From the NCBI GenBank assembly GCA_965249485.1, contig OZ252239.1, forward strand, positions 3,104,001 through 3,168,000: a stretch of DNA of 64,000 bases, given 5' to 3'. Source of the stretch: a bacterium. GTDB taxonomy: Bacteria; SM23-31. The translations under genes and the position numbers were made by a program. The notes beneath the pieces are model-generated. The model was not told the DNA's origin. It was given only the letters and a program-made list of their open reading frames with translations, and ran no database searches. Below are positions 19,371-29,172 of the stretch, in pieces (positions within the stretch are counted from its first letter, which is position 1; every line of letters starts with the position of its first letter).

Positions 19371-19418
19371 TATCAACATATAGTATGGAGCTATGACATT
19401 TACACCTACATATTGATT
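19371..19418. promoter_or_regulatory. Tandem NrdR boxes
   Basis: tatCAACATATAGtat (19371-86) and cacCTACATATTGatt (19403-18), 32 bp apart. They match acaCwAtATaTwGtgt and lie upstream of an RNR gene. Confidence 0.75.
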
Positions 19419-19424
19419 TTTTTC

Positions 19425-19453
19425 TTGACAAACAATATTAATGGGAGTATATT
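19425..19453 (+). promoter_or_regulatory. Sigma70-type promoter P2 (toward nrdJ)
   Basis: TTGACA-17 nt-TATATT immediately downstream of the second NrdR box. Confidence 0.7.
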
Positions 19454-19950
19454 GCACACTCAAAATAGAAATAAAAGATGTCTTAGAAGGGCGTATTTGC
19501 CGTTATCCGTGGTGACTTTATATAGAATTATTTTTCACTTATAAATATCCACAAATATTGAAGAGTTTTCGGAGATAACTTTGTGTATAAATTTTTTGCA
19601 TTTGCCAATTTCTTTTCGCTTATACTCAAATTGAACTCATCAGGGACTTCTGATATTGATGCTCATCTCTCCGAATATTATCTTGTTGACGTTAAAAGTT
19701 GTTCTTCTAATCATTAAATCCGCATTTCCTAAAGATTGGTAAACACAAGTAAGAAAACATACGTATATGTGGAACAATTATGGAATTTTGACGGATTTTT
19801 ATGATTATTTCTTAATTTGGAGATCAGCAAAGTAATATGACTGGATACGGTGCTGATTCAAGGCTTTTTTTGTTTATTTTCATCAATTGACTCATTAATA
19901 ATTAATTTTGGATTCGAATCTTTCACAACGTATCTTCATTTGGAGGTGAA

Positions 19951-22455
19951 ATGGCCGATTTGCTCGATATAGCATTAGGAAAATCTGATACAGGACAAAA
20001 CGGTAATAATGGCGAACACTCAAAAACAATAGATCCCCTGGATGATTTACCAGGACCGGTTCAAGCAATAATCGATCTTACAAGTGATGATGCTCACGAG
20101 TTTAACAGTGAAAAAACCGCCAGTAAATTACAGTACAAATTACATTATACTGTACCCAAGAAATTGGAGTTATCTGAAAACTCAATGCGTGTATTAGAAA
20201 AGCGGTATCTTCTTAAAGATGATGACGGTAATATAGTAGAGACTCCGGAAGAATTATTCCGCAGAGTAGCCCAGTGTGTTGCTGCTCCTGATTTGAAATA
20301 TGCAGAAAAATCAGAAGTCAAGATACTTGAAGATATATTTTACGGCATGATGGCACGTCTTGAGTTCATGCCGAATTCTCCGACACTCATGAATGCCGGC
20401 AAGGAAAACGGACAACTGTCCGCCTGCTTTGTTATTCCTGTCGAAGATTCAATGGAAGGAATATTCGATTCCATCAAACATGCAGCATTAATTCATAAAA
20501 CTGGTGGCGGAACAGGATTCGCATTCTCCCGCCTTAGACCTAAAAGTGATGCAGTATTATCAACACATGGAGTCGCTAGCGGGCCGGTATCGTTTATGTC
20601 CGTTTTCGATGCTGCAACCGAGGCAGTAAAACAAGGCGGCACTCGGAGAGGTGCGAATATGGGTATTCTCCGAGTTGATCATCCCGACATTATTGATTTC
20701 ATCACGTGTAAGTTTGACAATAAGAGAATTAATAATTTCAATATATCCGTTGCTCTCACTGAAAAGTTTATGGAGAATATACAATCAGGCGAGGATTATG
20801 ATCTTATTAATCCGCGAAACGGTAAGTCTGTTGGAAAGAAAAATACGAAAACAATTTTTGATACCATTGTAAATATGGCGTGGAAGAACGGTGACCCTGG
20901 TATTGTTTTCCTTGATAGGATCAATAAGGATAATGCTACTCCGAAACTTGGAGAAATGGAGAGCACGAATCCCTGCGGTGAGCAACCACTTCTTCCATAT
21001 GAAGCGTGCAATCTTGGCTCAATCAATCTCGATAAGATGTTGAAACGTGAAGATGGGGTAATGTCAATTGACTGGAAAAAGTTTAAACGGACGATTCACG
21101 CTTGTATTCACTTCCTTGATAATGTAATCGACGCAAATCACTATCCTCTTCCTGAAATTGATAGTATTGTGAAAGCAAACCGAAAGATCGGCCTTGGTAT
21201 CATGGGATTTGCTGATATGCTGATCGAACTTGGAATATCATTTGACTCTCCCGAGGCATTGGATATCGGAGACGAAGTGATGCAATTCATTAACAGGGAA
21301 TCGAAGATAAAATCTATGGAACTTGCATCTGTTAAAGGAGCTTTTCCAAATTTTGAGGATTCAATTTATAACGATTACAGTCTTCCGGAAATACGCAACT
21401 CAAACACAACGACAATCGCACCCACAGGAACTATCAGTATCATTGCAAATTCTTCGAGTGGTATCGAGCCTATTTTTGCTGTTTCGTATTACCGCAAAGT
21501 AATGGATAACGATATACTTGTAGAAGTGAATCCTCTTTTCGAGCGGATTGCAAAAGAGCGGGGATTTTATTCAGAAGAGCTTATGAATGAGATTGCTGAA
21601 AAAGGAAGCATTCAAAATATCGACTCTATCCCCAAAGATGTGAAACGGTTATTTATAACATCACACGATCTGTCACCAGAAGGGCATATAAAAATTCAGG
21701 CTGCATTTCAGCAACATTGTGATAATGCTGTATCTAAAACCGTGAATTTTTCCCACGATTCTACTGCTGAGGACATTAAGGGTGTTTATCTCTTGGCGTA
21801 TAAACTTGGCTGTAAGGGAGTGACCGTTTTCCGTGACCGTTGCAGAGGTAGTGACAATCAGGTGTTAAATATTGCTCATAAGGAAGAAAATACAGATGAG
21901 CCGGATTCAGTTACAGATAATTACAAAAGTGAAGAACATCTCATTACACCCCGAAAACGTGGCAATACCACCTACGGCATTACCGAAAAGATTGTTACCG
22001 GCGAAGGAACCCTATATGTAACAATCAATCAGGATGACCAGGGATTATGCGAAGTGTTTACGAATATCGGCAAACACGGAAGTGATGTTGCTGCTTTCTC
22101 CGAAGCGGTAGGTCGGTTAATATCACTCTGTCTTAGATCAGGAGTTTCACTTGACTCGATCATTAAGCAGCTTCGGGGCATTACAAGCAGACCGATATGG
22201 CAGAAAGGCGAACAAATTCTTTCCGTTCCTGATGCAATCGGCATTGCCCTATCGCGATATCTTAATGAAGACGGATCGCAGATTACAATGAAGGTACCAG
22301 ATTTTATCAATTTACCAAAGAAATCCAGCAATGGGGCCAGGAAAAACAACGGTTTTAATAATGATTTTTCAAGTTGTCCTGATTGCGGAAGCCCGGTTGA
22401 GCATGAAAGTGGTTGTGTGGTGTGCCGGAGCTGTGGATTTTCCCGTTGCGGATAA
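19951..22455 (+). CDS. nrdJ: Class II (B12-dependent) ribonucleotide reductase with fused TSCPD/Zn-ribbon C-terminus
   Basis: PNSPTLMNAG, LSACF, QGGTRRGANM, TNPCGEQPL, TIAPTGT, C-terminal CPDCG...ESGC..C..CG. SD GGAGG. No beta-subunit gene nearby. Confidence 0.95.
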   Translation: MADLLDIALGKSDTGQNGNNGEHSKTIDPLDDLPGPVQAIIDLTSDDAHEFNSEKTASKLQYKLHYTVPKKLELSENSMRVLEKRYLLKDDDGNIVETPEELFRRVAQCVAAPDLKYAEKSEVKILEDIFYGMMARLEFMPNSPTLMNAGKENGQLSACFVIPVEDSMEGIFDSIKHAALIHKTGGGTGFAFSRLRPKSDAVLSTHGVASGPVSFMSVFDAATEAVKQGGTRRGANMGILRVDHPDIIDFITCKFDNKRINNFNISVALTEKFMENIQSGEDYDLINPRNGKSVGKKNTKTIFDTIVNMAWKNGDPGIVFLDRINKDNATPKLGEMESTNPCGEQPLLPYEACNLGSINLDKMLKREDGVMSIDWKKFKRTIHACIHFLDNVIDANHYPLPEIDSIVKANRKIGLGIMGFADMLIELGISFDSPEALDIGDEVMQFINRESKIKSMELASVKGAFPNFEDSIYNDYSLPEIRNSNTTTIAPTGTISIIANSSSGIEPIFAVSYYRKVMDNDILVEVNPLFERIAKERGFYSEELMNEIAEKGSIQNIDSIPKDVKRLFITSHDLSPEGHIKIQAAFQQHCDNAVSKTVNFSHDSTAEDIKGVYLLAYKLGCKGVTVFRDRCRGSDNQVLNIAHKEENTDEPDSVTDNYKSEEHLITPRKRGNTTYGITEKIVTGEGTLYVTINQDDQGLCEVFTNIGKHGSDVAAFSEAVGRLISLCLRSGVSLDSIIKQLRGITSRPIWQKGEQILSVPDAIGIALSRYLNEDGSQITMKVPDFINLPKKSSNGARKNNGFNNDFSSCPDCGSPVEHESGCVVCRSCGFSRCG

Positions 22456-22477
22456 AAAGCACTATAATTTTTATAGA

Positions 22478-22516
22478 TAAACCTTCTTGTATACGCATTT
22501 ATGCAGGAAGGTTTTC
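22478..22516. terminator. Likely bidirectional intrinsic terminator
   Basis: AACCTTCTTGTATA/TATGCAGGAAGGTT stem followed by T residues, between convergent genes. Confidence 0.65.
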
Positions 22517-22546
22517 TATATAGATAATAAATTTTCTTGGATTATA

Positions 22547-23146
22547 TTATCGGACTCGTATTGAGTCAATTTCGGTAAATACCGAGTCAACCAAACTTGG
22601 AAAAAGATCAGGAAATAAAAGTGAATCGGAAATGGTGATGTATTTGACTTGGTCATACGGCTGAATAGTCGATTGTACAACCCATGAATCAGAATATAAC
22701 CGTCTTATTTTCTGAAGATTATAAAATTCTGCTTCTTCACGATAAGCAAAATTACCAACACGAATCTTATAAAATGGCGGATCGAATATCTTGTAAATCG
22801 GCTTATCAAATATACTTGCAAGAGCACTTTCGTATACTTCTTCGGAACGAATAAAACTTGTTGAGGAAAATATCTGAATCCTGAAACCAGGAATGGATAT
22901 AGTGCTGTCAACATCTGTGCTATCTAAAAAAAACGAATTTTTGAAATCTGTTCCCGGAACAGTCAAATATGAATCAAAAGACGGTGTTTCTATTACAAAT
23001 CCATCCGTTAGCTTTTCTGGATCAAATTCTTCCTGATTGGCGCGGTCTTCCAGATGCTGCTTTTCTGCCCGTTCTGCTTCGCTCAGTGATGTTATGCCTG
23101 AGCAATAAACAAAATGGAAAACGATGATAGCAAATAAACATTTCAT
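22547..23146 (-). CDS. SPOR-domain (peptidoglycan-binding) lipoprotein
   Basis: Signal peptide with Cys (VYCSG), and GFRIQIFS...YKIRVGNF.YREEAE...SWVV SPOR pattern. Confidence 0.82.
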   Translation of the reverse strand: MKCLFAIIVFHFVYCSGITSLSEAERAEKQHLEDRANQEEFDPEKLTDGFVIETPSFDSYLTVPGTDFKNSFFLDSTDVDSTISIPGFRIQIFSSTSFIRSEEVYESALASIFDKPIYKIFDPPFYKIRVGNFAYREEAEFYNLQKIRRLYSDSWVVQSTIQPYDQVKYITISDSLLFPDLFPSLVDSVFTEIDSIRVR

Positions 23147-23173
23147 ATTATAAACATCTATAGGTTAACCGGA

Positions 23174-23202
23174 AATTTAAAGATTTCTGTTTAAAACTGC
23201 AA
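23174..23202 (-). promoter_or_regulatory. Sigma70-type promoter for SPOR gene
   Basis: Minus strand TTGCAG-17 nt-TAAATT. Confidence 0.5.
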
Positions 23203-23473
23203 CTAAAATTAGATATTACTTGAAATGTATTTTCTCAAAAATCAGTGGGATAGTGTGAAGGGGTAAACTACACGAAAAGTTATTTGTTTAAAATAATTTG
23301 CTTCACTTTGAAGTATTGTATCAAACAAGTAATGACATTATTCCCTGCAACGTATTGTTGTATGCGGACATACTTTGGAAGAACTTTTTACGTCAACAAA
23401 ACTTTACAAATAGGGAACTGCAAATGCCATTAATGCATATTAAAAAATATTAAACTTTTTATAGCTGAACGTG

Positions 23474-25198
23474 TTACTTATTTAGTCCGACAGAAATAAA
23501 AAACCGCCTATTTAGAAAATCCTGACCCGGCACTCCGGCAATCGTAAAATTTGAACCAGATCGAACCTCTAATTCCGATGCAATGAAAAGATTTCTATAA
23601 AGTTCGTAAGAAAGTTTGAAACGGAACCAATTTATCCTTTCAACGTCTCCTTCAAGGAAATTAAGATATTCTTTGCCTGTGCTCGGAATCGGGGTGTCGA
23701 TGCTTCCCCCGATAATTTGATTGTCGGTATTTATTCCATGACGTGAATAGATATATTCAGCAGAGTAGAAAAATTTTCGTGAAATCTGCTGCTGTGCTGA
23801 TAGATACAATTCGTCGCTATTAGGTTGCAGTTGATGCCCTAATCCAGAGTTATAATGTTTATAGACATTTATTGGAAATCTATGCGTGTATACGAAAGGT
23901 TTTATTCTCGTGTATTCCAGTCGGACAGCTGTGTTCGACAGACCAAGCGGATCCTCCCATAAAGTGCCTGTAACATATCCAAATTTATTTCCCCACCATT
24001 TTGTTCCGAGCCGACTGATAAAAATATCGTCCATGAGAAATTCGCCATACCACTTCCAGCCATCGAGAATATTAAGTGTTATATCCGCACCCATGAGTGC
24101 ATTATCCTGATCTCCCAGAAAATGTTCTGCAGATCGAAGGAACATTATCGGATTGAGATAGGCAAATTCAATTTCTCTTTGTCCGTAAATCACGGATTCT
24201 TGAATACCGACTTTTACACCATTGAATACATTGACTTCGAGTCTATGTGCTACCAGATATTTTTTTGCGAATCTATTTTTTCTGCCCGAATCTTCATCAA
24301 ATTCTGCTTCAATAATTCGGGGAAACTGAACGAGGCTTCCGAATAAATGCGAGTAACTAAATCGCCAAACCTTCGTTTTCAGTTTTACTAAATCATAGGA
24401 GGTTGCATTATCTGACAATAACAGCCCTCCCCTGAATCCCGGTCCCCACTTATTTAAATTTTTTCCAAATTCCAACTCGAAATGTGAGAACCGTACTATA
24501 AGATAGGCAATTGTTTCATCATGAAACTGGTGAGTTTTTCTATTGCTCACCCATCCTAATCCAGGTGCTGTGGTGTCTCTGCCTTCTCTGTAAAATCTAC
24601 TTCCCCATTCTTTGGAATTACGGGCATCGACAAAAAAACCAAGCTTATCACCGATAGCACCTCGTATCCGTATACCAGTAGTATAGCTGAATACTTCATC
24701 CAAAGAATCCAATGAATCAGAATCGGTAATATTATTGTCTTGATAGGCTATAATATCTCCAAAAAGTGAAAATTCTGCCCGATTTATAGCAAGTAGATTT
24801 CTCCCGTTTTCATATACTAATCTGGAAAGCATTCCTTCTCGAATTGCTCCAAGCCACTCGGGAACCCCCGGCTTTTCAATTTCAATATTCGAATCAATTA
24901 CTTCTAATTCTTCTCGAAATTCCTGCTCATAAAATAGCAGAAGTTCGGAATCAATTTTTGGTAGTGTTATATCACTCTCACTGCGTTTTTGAATCTCATA
25001 GAGTAATTCTGCTACATTTGCACGTGAAAGGGGTTTCGTTCCTGTAAGTTCGTTTTTAAGAACACCTTTTGCTTCATACCGCTCAACAAAACGGTAGACT
25101 CTATGATTAAGAGGAACATATACAGATTGTGCTTTAGGAGAGGAGTTTGCTATAATCAAAAACACGAAACTCAAAAATATCTTAGATGGAAATCCCAT
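23474..25198 (-). CDS. Capsule assembly Wzi-family outer-membrane protein
   Basis: Signal peptide, KPLSR, WGPG..GGLLLSDNA, HRLE, YLNPI, DN...G.D, YGEFLMDD, LGH...PNS. Confidence 0.8.
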   Translation of the reverse strand: MGFPSKIFLSFVFLIIANSSPKAQSVYVPLNHRVYRFVERYEAKGVLKNELTGTKPLSRANVAELLYEIQKRSESDITLPKIDSELLLFYEQEFREELEVIDSNIEIEKPGVPEWLGAIREGMLSRLVYENGRNLLAINRAEFSLFGDIIAYQDNNITDSDSLDSLDEVFSYTTGIRIRGAIGDKLGFFVDARNSKEWGSRFYREGRDTTAPGLGWVSNRKTHQFHDETIAYLIVRFSHFELEFGKNLNKWGPGFRGGLLLSDNATSYDLVKLKTKVWRFSYSHLFGSLVQFPRIIEAEFDEDSGRKNRFAKKYLVAHRLEVNVFNGVKVGIQESVIYGQREIEFAYLNPIMFLRSAEHFLGDQDNALMGADITLNILDGWKWYGEFLMDDIFISRLGTKWWGNKFGYVTGTLWEDPLGLSNTAVRLEYTRIKPFVYTHRFPINVYKHYNSGLGHQLQPNSDELYLSAQQQISRKFFYSAEYIYSRHGINTDNQIIGGSIDTPIPSTGKEYLNFLEGDVERINWFRFKLSYELYRNLFIASELEVRSGSNFTIAGVPGQDFLNRRFFISVGLNK

Positions 25199-25216
25199 AA
25201 GAAGCTTTCATAATTT

Positions 25217-25954
25217 TTAATCATTACCACCATTATTAGCGCCATACTGTGCTACAAGAGAGTTTGCTTTTTGTAATGACTCAAAAGTTCCTGCATCAGT
25301 CCACCACCCTTCCAAGAAACTGTACTCTAGTTTATTTTGTTCAATATATATATTGTTGACATCAGTAATCTCGAGCTCACCACGCTGTGAAGGTTTCAAT
25401 GTTCTAATGATGTCAAATATTTGCTTATCATAAAAATATATCCCGGTAACTGCATAATTAGACTGTGGATGATCCGGTTTTTCCTCTATTTTTACAATCC
25501 GTCCATCATCAAACACCGGAACACCGAATCGCTTTGGATTATCCACTTCCTTCAACAAAATCATTGCACCTGACTCTTGTTCCTCAAATGCTTCAACAGC
25601 AGTAATGATATTTTTTTCAATTATATTGTCACCAAGGACAATACACAATTTTTCACCCCCCGAAAAATACTCAGCAAGTTTCAAGGCATCGGCGATTCCC
25701 CCTTCCCCCTTTTGGTAAGCATAATTTAGGTGTTCAAGATTAAAATCGGAACCGTTTCCAAGCAATTTTAAAAACTCTCCCGCATTATTGCCACCGGTAA
25801 CAAGAAGAATATCCAGAATATTTGCTTTAACAAGACATTCAATCGGATAATAGATCATAGGCTTATCGTACACAGGCAGCAAATGCTTGTTTGTAACAGC
25901 AGTAAGCGGATGAAGTCTTTTACCCAGACCTCCTGCTAATATAACACCTTTCAT
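25217..25954 (-). CDS. Sugar-phosphate nucleotidyltransferase (glucose-1-phosphate thymidylyltransferase-like)
   Basis: MKGVILAGGLGKRLHPLT, KHLLPVYDKPMIYYP, EEKP, RGELEITD, WTDAGT. Confidence 0.92.
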   Translation of the reverse strand: MKGVILAGGLGKRLHPLTAVTNKHLLPVYDKPMIYYPIECLVKANILDILLVTGGNNAGEFLKLLGNGSDFNLEHLNYAYQKGEGGIADALKLAEYFSGGEKLCIVLGDNIIEKNIITAVEAFEEQESGAMILLKEVDNPKRFGVPVFDDGRIVKIEEKPDHPQSNYAVTGIYFYDKQIFDIIRTLKPSQRGELEITDVNNIYIEQNKLEYSFLEGWWTDAGTFESLQKANSLVAQYGANNGGND

Positions 25955-26025
25955 AGTATTGCTCGCAATTCCAGTGTGTGAGGAGTTACTTTTTTCATGC
26001 AAATAATTTATTTACGTATTAAAAC

Positions 26026-26056
26026 AAAAAAAGGCAACATATATGCTGCCTTTTTC
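26026..26056 (-). terminator. Intrinsic terminator ending the ribosomal superoperon
   Basis: Minus strand GGCAGCAT...TGTTGCC stem followed by a T-run after rplQ. Confidence 0.75.
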
Positions 26057-26099
26057 AAACTCATGTCTCTACAATGATTCGAACATTCAAATGTAATCA

Positions 26100-26606
26100 T
26101 TACTTTTCTTCTTTTACTTCTGCTCCTGCTTCGGCAGTCTGCGCATCAGCGTCAGCGGCCTCATCCATTTCTTTGGCTTCTTTATCCTTATTCTCTTTAC
26201 GTTTCTGTCGCTCTTTCTCGCTTTCTTCTTTACGCTCCTTATACACTCCTTCAAAACCAACCAACTCTATAAGCGACATTTCAGAAGAATCCGATCTGCG
26301 TCTTCCTATTTTCGTAATACGAGTATAACCGCCTGGTCTATCGGCAAATTTGGGAGCAACTTCATCAAATAATTCCTTAACTACATTTCTCTGGCGAATA
26401 TGCTTTAGTACTGTCCGCCGGGAATGGAGATCGCCTCGTCGGGCTTTAGTTATCAACCGTTCAATAAAGCTACGTAGTGCTTTTGCTTTTGCGGCAGTTG
26501 TTTTAATTTTTTTGTATGATATTAGTGAAGATGCAAGATTAGACATAAGTGCGCGTCTGTGGCTTGCCGTTCTTCCTAATTTAACCACTCTTTTTCTGTG
26601 TCTCAT
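26100..26606 (-). CDS. rplQ: 50S ribosomal protein L17 (with charged C-terminal tail)
   Basis: MRHRKRVVKLGRTASHR, RPGGYTRI. Confidence 0.97.
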   Translation of the reverse strand: MRHRKRVVKLGRTASHRRALMSNLASSLISYKKIKTTAAKAKALRSFIERLITKARRGDLHSRRTVLKHIRQRNVVKELFDEVAPKFADRPGGYTRITKIGRRRSDSSEMSLIELVGFEGVYKERKEESEKERQKRKENKDKEAKEMDEAADADAQTAEAGAEVKEEK

Positions 26607-26620
26607 TATTGATCCGCTCT

Positions 26621-27607
26621 TTATTCTTCAATTTCTTGGAGATACTTTTCAACATTCATACCGAAATGGAGGTTCCGCTTTTCAAGAATCTTTGTCAATT
26701 CTGTTAATGATTTACGACCAAAATTACGAAATTTCAACATCTGAGGTTCATCTTTCGAAACCAAATCGCCGATAGTTTTTATGTTTGCTGCTTTGAGGCA
26801 ATTTTGAGATCTGACTGATAACTCTAATTCATCAACACTCATCTTTAACAGTTTTCTAATTTGGAGAGCTTCTTCATCTATTTCCGTTTCTTCTTCTTCT
26901 TCCGGTTCAACATCAAAAATAATAAATAATTGAATGTGGTCCTTGAGTATTTTACCGGCATGGGTCAGGGCATCATCAGGAGTTATACTGCCGTCCGTTT
27001 CAATCTCCATAACAAGTTTTTCATAATCGATTCTCTGTCCGACTCGCGTTGGCTCTACATTATATTTCACAGATACAATCGGTGAAAAAATAGAATCAAT
27101 TGGTATTGTTCCAATAGGCTGATCGATCAGTTTATTCTCTTCAGCAGTAACATACCCACGCCCACGGCCAATTCTGATTTCCATACCAAAATCGGCATCC
27201 TCATCCATAGTCGCAATCAGATGATCCGGATTAAGGATTTCAAAGTCGTTTGAGCCTTTTCCGATGTCCCGAGCATAAAAAACACCTTTACCTTTAAAAT
27301 TAAGATATACTTTATCAGGACGTTTATTTATTAATTTGATCTTGACTTCTTTCAAGTTCAGAATTATTTCCGATACATCGTCACGTACACCCGGTATTGT
27401 CGAAAATTCATGCAGAACTGAATCTATTTTTATAACTGTTATTGCTGCCCCTGTTAAAGATGAAAGTAATACCCGCCGCAGCGAATTACCGATCGTAGTA
27501 CCAAATCCTCCCTCAAGCGGTTTAATAACAAATCTTCCAAACGTATCCGTATAAGAAGATTCTTCGAGTTCAATTGCATCAGGCATTGTTAAAGTGATGG
27601 CGTTCAT
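26621..27607 (-). CDS. rpoA: RNA polymerase alpha subunit
   Basis: GFGTTIGNSLRRVLLSS, LELSVRSQNCL, NFGRKSL. ATG 27607 fits the AGGAG spacing better than GTG 27613. Confidence 0.97.
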   Translation of the reverse strand: MNAITLTMPDAIELEESSYTDTFGRFVIKPLEGGFGTTIGNSLRRVLLSSLTGAAITVIKIDSVLHEFSTIPGVRDDVSEIILNLKEVKIKLINKRPDKVYLNFKGKGVFYARDIGKGSNDFEILNPDHLIATMDEDADFGMEIRIGRGRGYVTAEENKLIDQPIGTIPIDSIFSPIVSVKYNVEPTRVGQRIDYEKLVMEIETDGSITPDDALTHAGKILKDHIQLFIIFDVEPEEEEETEIDEEALQIRKLLKMSVDELELSVRSQNCLKAANIKTIGDLVSKDEPQMLKFRNFGRKSLTELTKILEKRNLHFGMNVEKYLQEIEE

Positions 27608-27639
27608 TTCCACACTCCTAAAATTTTCGATTCTGGTGA

Positions 27640-28269
27640 TTATCTAGAATACAATTCTACTACAAGTTGTTCTTGAACATTGAGCGGAATTTCTGTTCTC
27701 TCAGGAACTTCCTGAAATGTTCCTGTCAAGTTCGCTTTATCAAGGTCTAACCATGAATACGGTTTCGAATCTTTGATCTGTCTGATTGAATTATGAATCA
27801 CCTCTAATTTTCGACTTTTAGCCCGAACCTTGATTTGTTCTCCAGGTGATACTAAATATGATGGAATATCAACGATGTGATCTTCCACGACAAAGTGACG
27901 ATGGCGCACCAACTGACGTGCTGCTTTCCGTGATGGTGCAAATCCAAGCCGATAAACAACATTGTCAAGTCTCCGCTCGAGCAGTTTGACAAGGTTATCA
28001 CCTGTGACACCTTTTTCTCTTTCAGCTTCCTTGAACAATCCTTTGAATTGACGTTCAAGTAATCCATAAGTTTGTCTAATTTTTTGTTTTTCTCTCAGCT
28101 GAATACCATAATCAGATATTTTAAATTTTCTTCTTTTACCATGCTGCCCAGGAGGATAACCACGTTTTTCAAATGCGCATTTACTTGATGCGCAACGTGT
28201 TCCTTTCAGAAAAAGTTTTTCACCTTCCCGTCTGCATATTTTACAAACCGCATCTGTGTAACGAGCCAT
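27640..28269 (-). CDS. rpsD: 30S ribosomal protein S4
   Basis: MARY..VCKICRREG, QLREKQK, LERRLDNVVYRLG. Confidence 0.98.
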   Translation of the reverse strand: MARYTDAVCKICRREGEKLFLKGTRCASSKCAFEKRGYPPGQHGKRRKFKISDYGIQLREKQKIRQTYGLLERQFKGLFKEAEREKGVTGDNLVKLLERRLDNVVYRLGFAPSRKAARQLVRHRHFVVEDHIVDIPSYLVSPGEQIKVRAKSRKLEVIHNSIRQIKDSKPYSWLDLDKANLTGTFQEVPERTEIPLNVQEQLVVELYSR

Positions 28270-28306
28270 GTATGCTCCAACTCCTTTTTTCGATTAATTG
28301 TATTTC

Positions 28307-28696
28307 TTAAACACGCCGCTTTTTCGGTGGACGACATCCATTGTGTGGTATCGGGGTTACATCTTTTATCGCTGTAATTTCAAGACCAACCGCCTGCAAT
28401 GCACGAATAGCCGCTTCGCGACCGGCGCCAGGCCCTTTAACAAGAACTTCGACTTTCCGCAATCCAAGGCCCATTGCCACTTTACCACATGATTGAGCAG
28501 CCAACTGTGCTGCAAAAGGGGTGTTCTTTCTTGAACCTTTAAAACCAACCGTCCCCGCAGATGCCCAAGAAATCACATTTCCATACACATCTGCCAATGA
28601 TATAACCGTATTATTAAATGTCGATTTTATATGTGCAATACCGTTTGCTTCGACTTTTTCTTTCTTTTTTGTCCCACGCTTTTTGGGTTCAGCCAC
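28307..28696 (-). CDS. rpsK: 30S ribosomal protein S11
   Basis: [26 protein letters not shown]. Confidence 0.98.
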   Translation of the reverse strand: MAEPKKRGTKKKEKVEANGIAHIKSTFNNTVISLADVYGNVISWASAGTVGFKGSRKNTPFAAQLAAQSCGKVAMGLGLRKVEVLVKGPGAGREAAIRALQAVGLEITAIKDVTPIPHNGCRPPKKRRV

Positions 28697-28728
28697 AGAA
28701 ACCTCCTACTTTAATCAGACATGTTTTT

Positions 28729-29103
28729 TTACCGCACTCTTTGTTTTGCTCCAACGGTCTTTTTCTTACCTTTTCGTGTACGGGCATTCGTTGATGTTCT
28801 TTGTCCATGCAGAGGTAAGCCGCGTCGATGACGGAGACCACGATAGCAACCGATATCCATAAGCCGTTTAATATTCATTGTTACTTCCGTTCGCAACGTA
28901 CCTTCAACTTTTAAATTGTTCTGAATATGGGAACGGATTGCAGCGACTTCCGGCTCACTTAAGTCCTGAATCTTTGTATTTTCATCAACATTACAAGCAT
29001 TCAGTATCTCCTTGGCAGTTGAAAAACCGATTCCAAAAATATAGGTCAGGCCAATAACAACGCGCTTTTCTTTGGGTAAATCTACTCCGGCGATACGTGC
29101 CAA
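28729..29103 (-). CDS. rpsM: 30S ribosomal protein S13
   Basis: [21 protein letters not shown]. Confidence 0.98.
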   Translation of the reverse strand: MARIAGVDLPKEKRVVIGLTYIFGIGFSTAKEILNACNVDENTKIQDLSEPEVAAIRSHIQNNLKVEGTLRTEVTMNIKRLMDIGCYRGLRHRRGLPLHGQRTSTNARTRKGKKKTVGAKQRVR

Positions 29104-29172
29104 TCAAACCTCCTGAATTTCACATTTACTAAACAATTAGATATCTGATATTTTCTAGCATTAATTGCGTTT

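Larger units (their letters stand above)
19175..19590. promoter_or_regulatory. DnaA-box cluster
   Basis: TTATCCACA 19347-55 and TTATACACA (rc) 19582-90 match TTWTNCACA. One-mismatch boxes at 19175-83 (rc), 19358-66, 19370-78, 19545-53. Confidence 0.7.

Noticed and set aside
19347..19378. Short tandem repeats as a possible CRISPR or iteron array
   Set aside because: Units are 9-nt DnaA-box-like with 2-3 nt gaps, no spacers, and no cas or rep gene.
19221..19544. 107-aa plus-strand ORF
   Set aside because: Starts at the TTG of a -35 box, has no SD, I/Y/N-rich composition typical of AT-rich non-coding DNA, and overlaps regulatory motifs.
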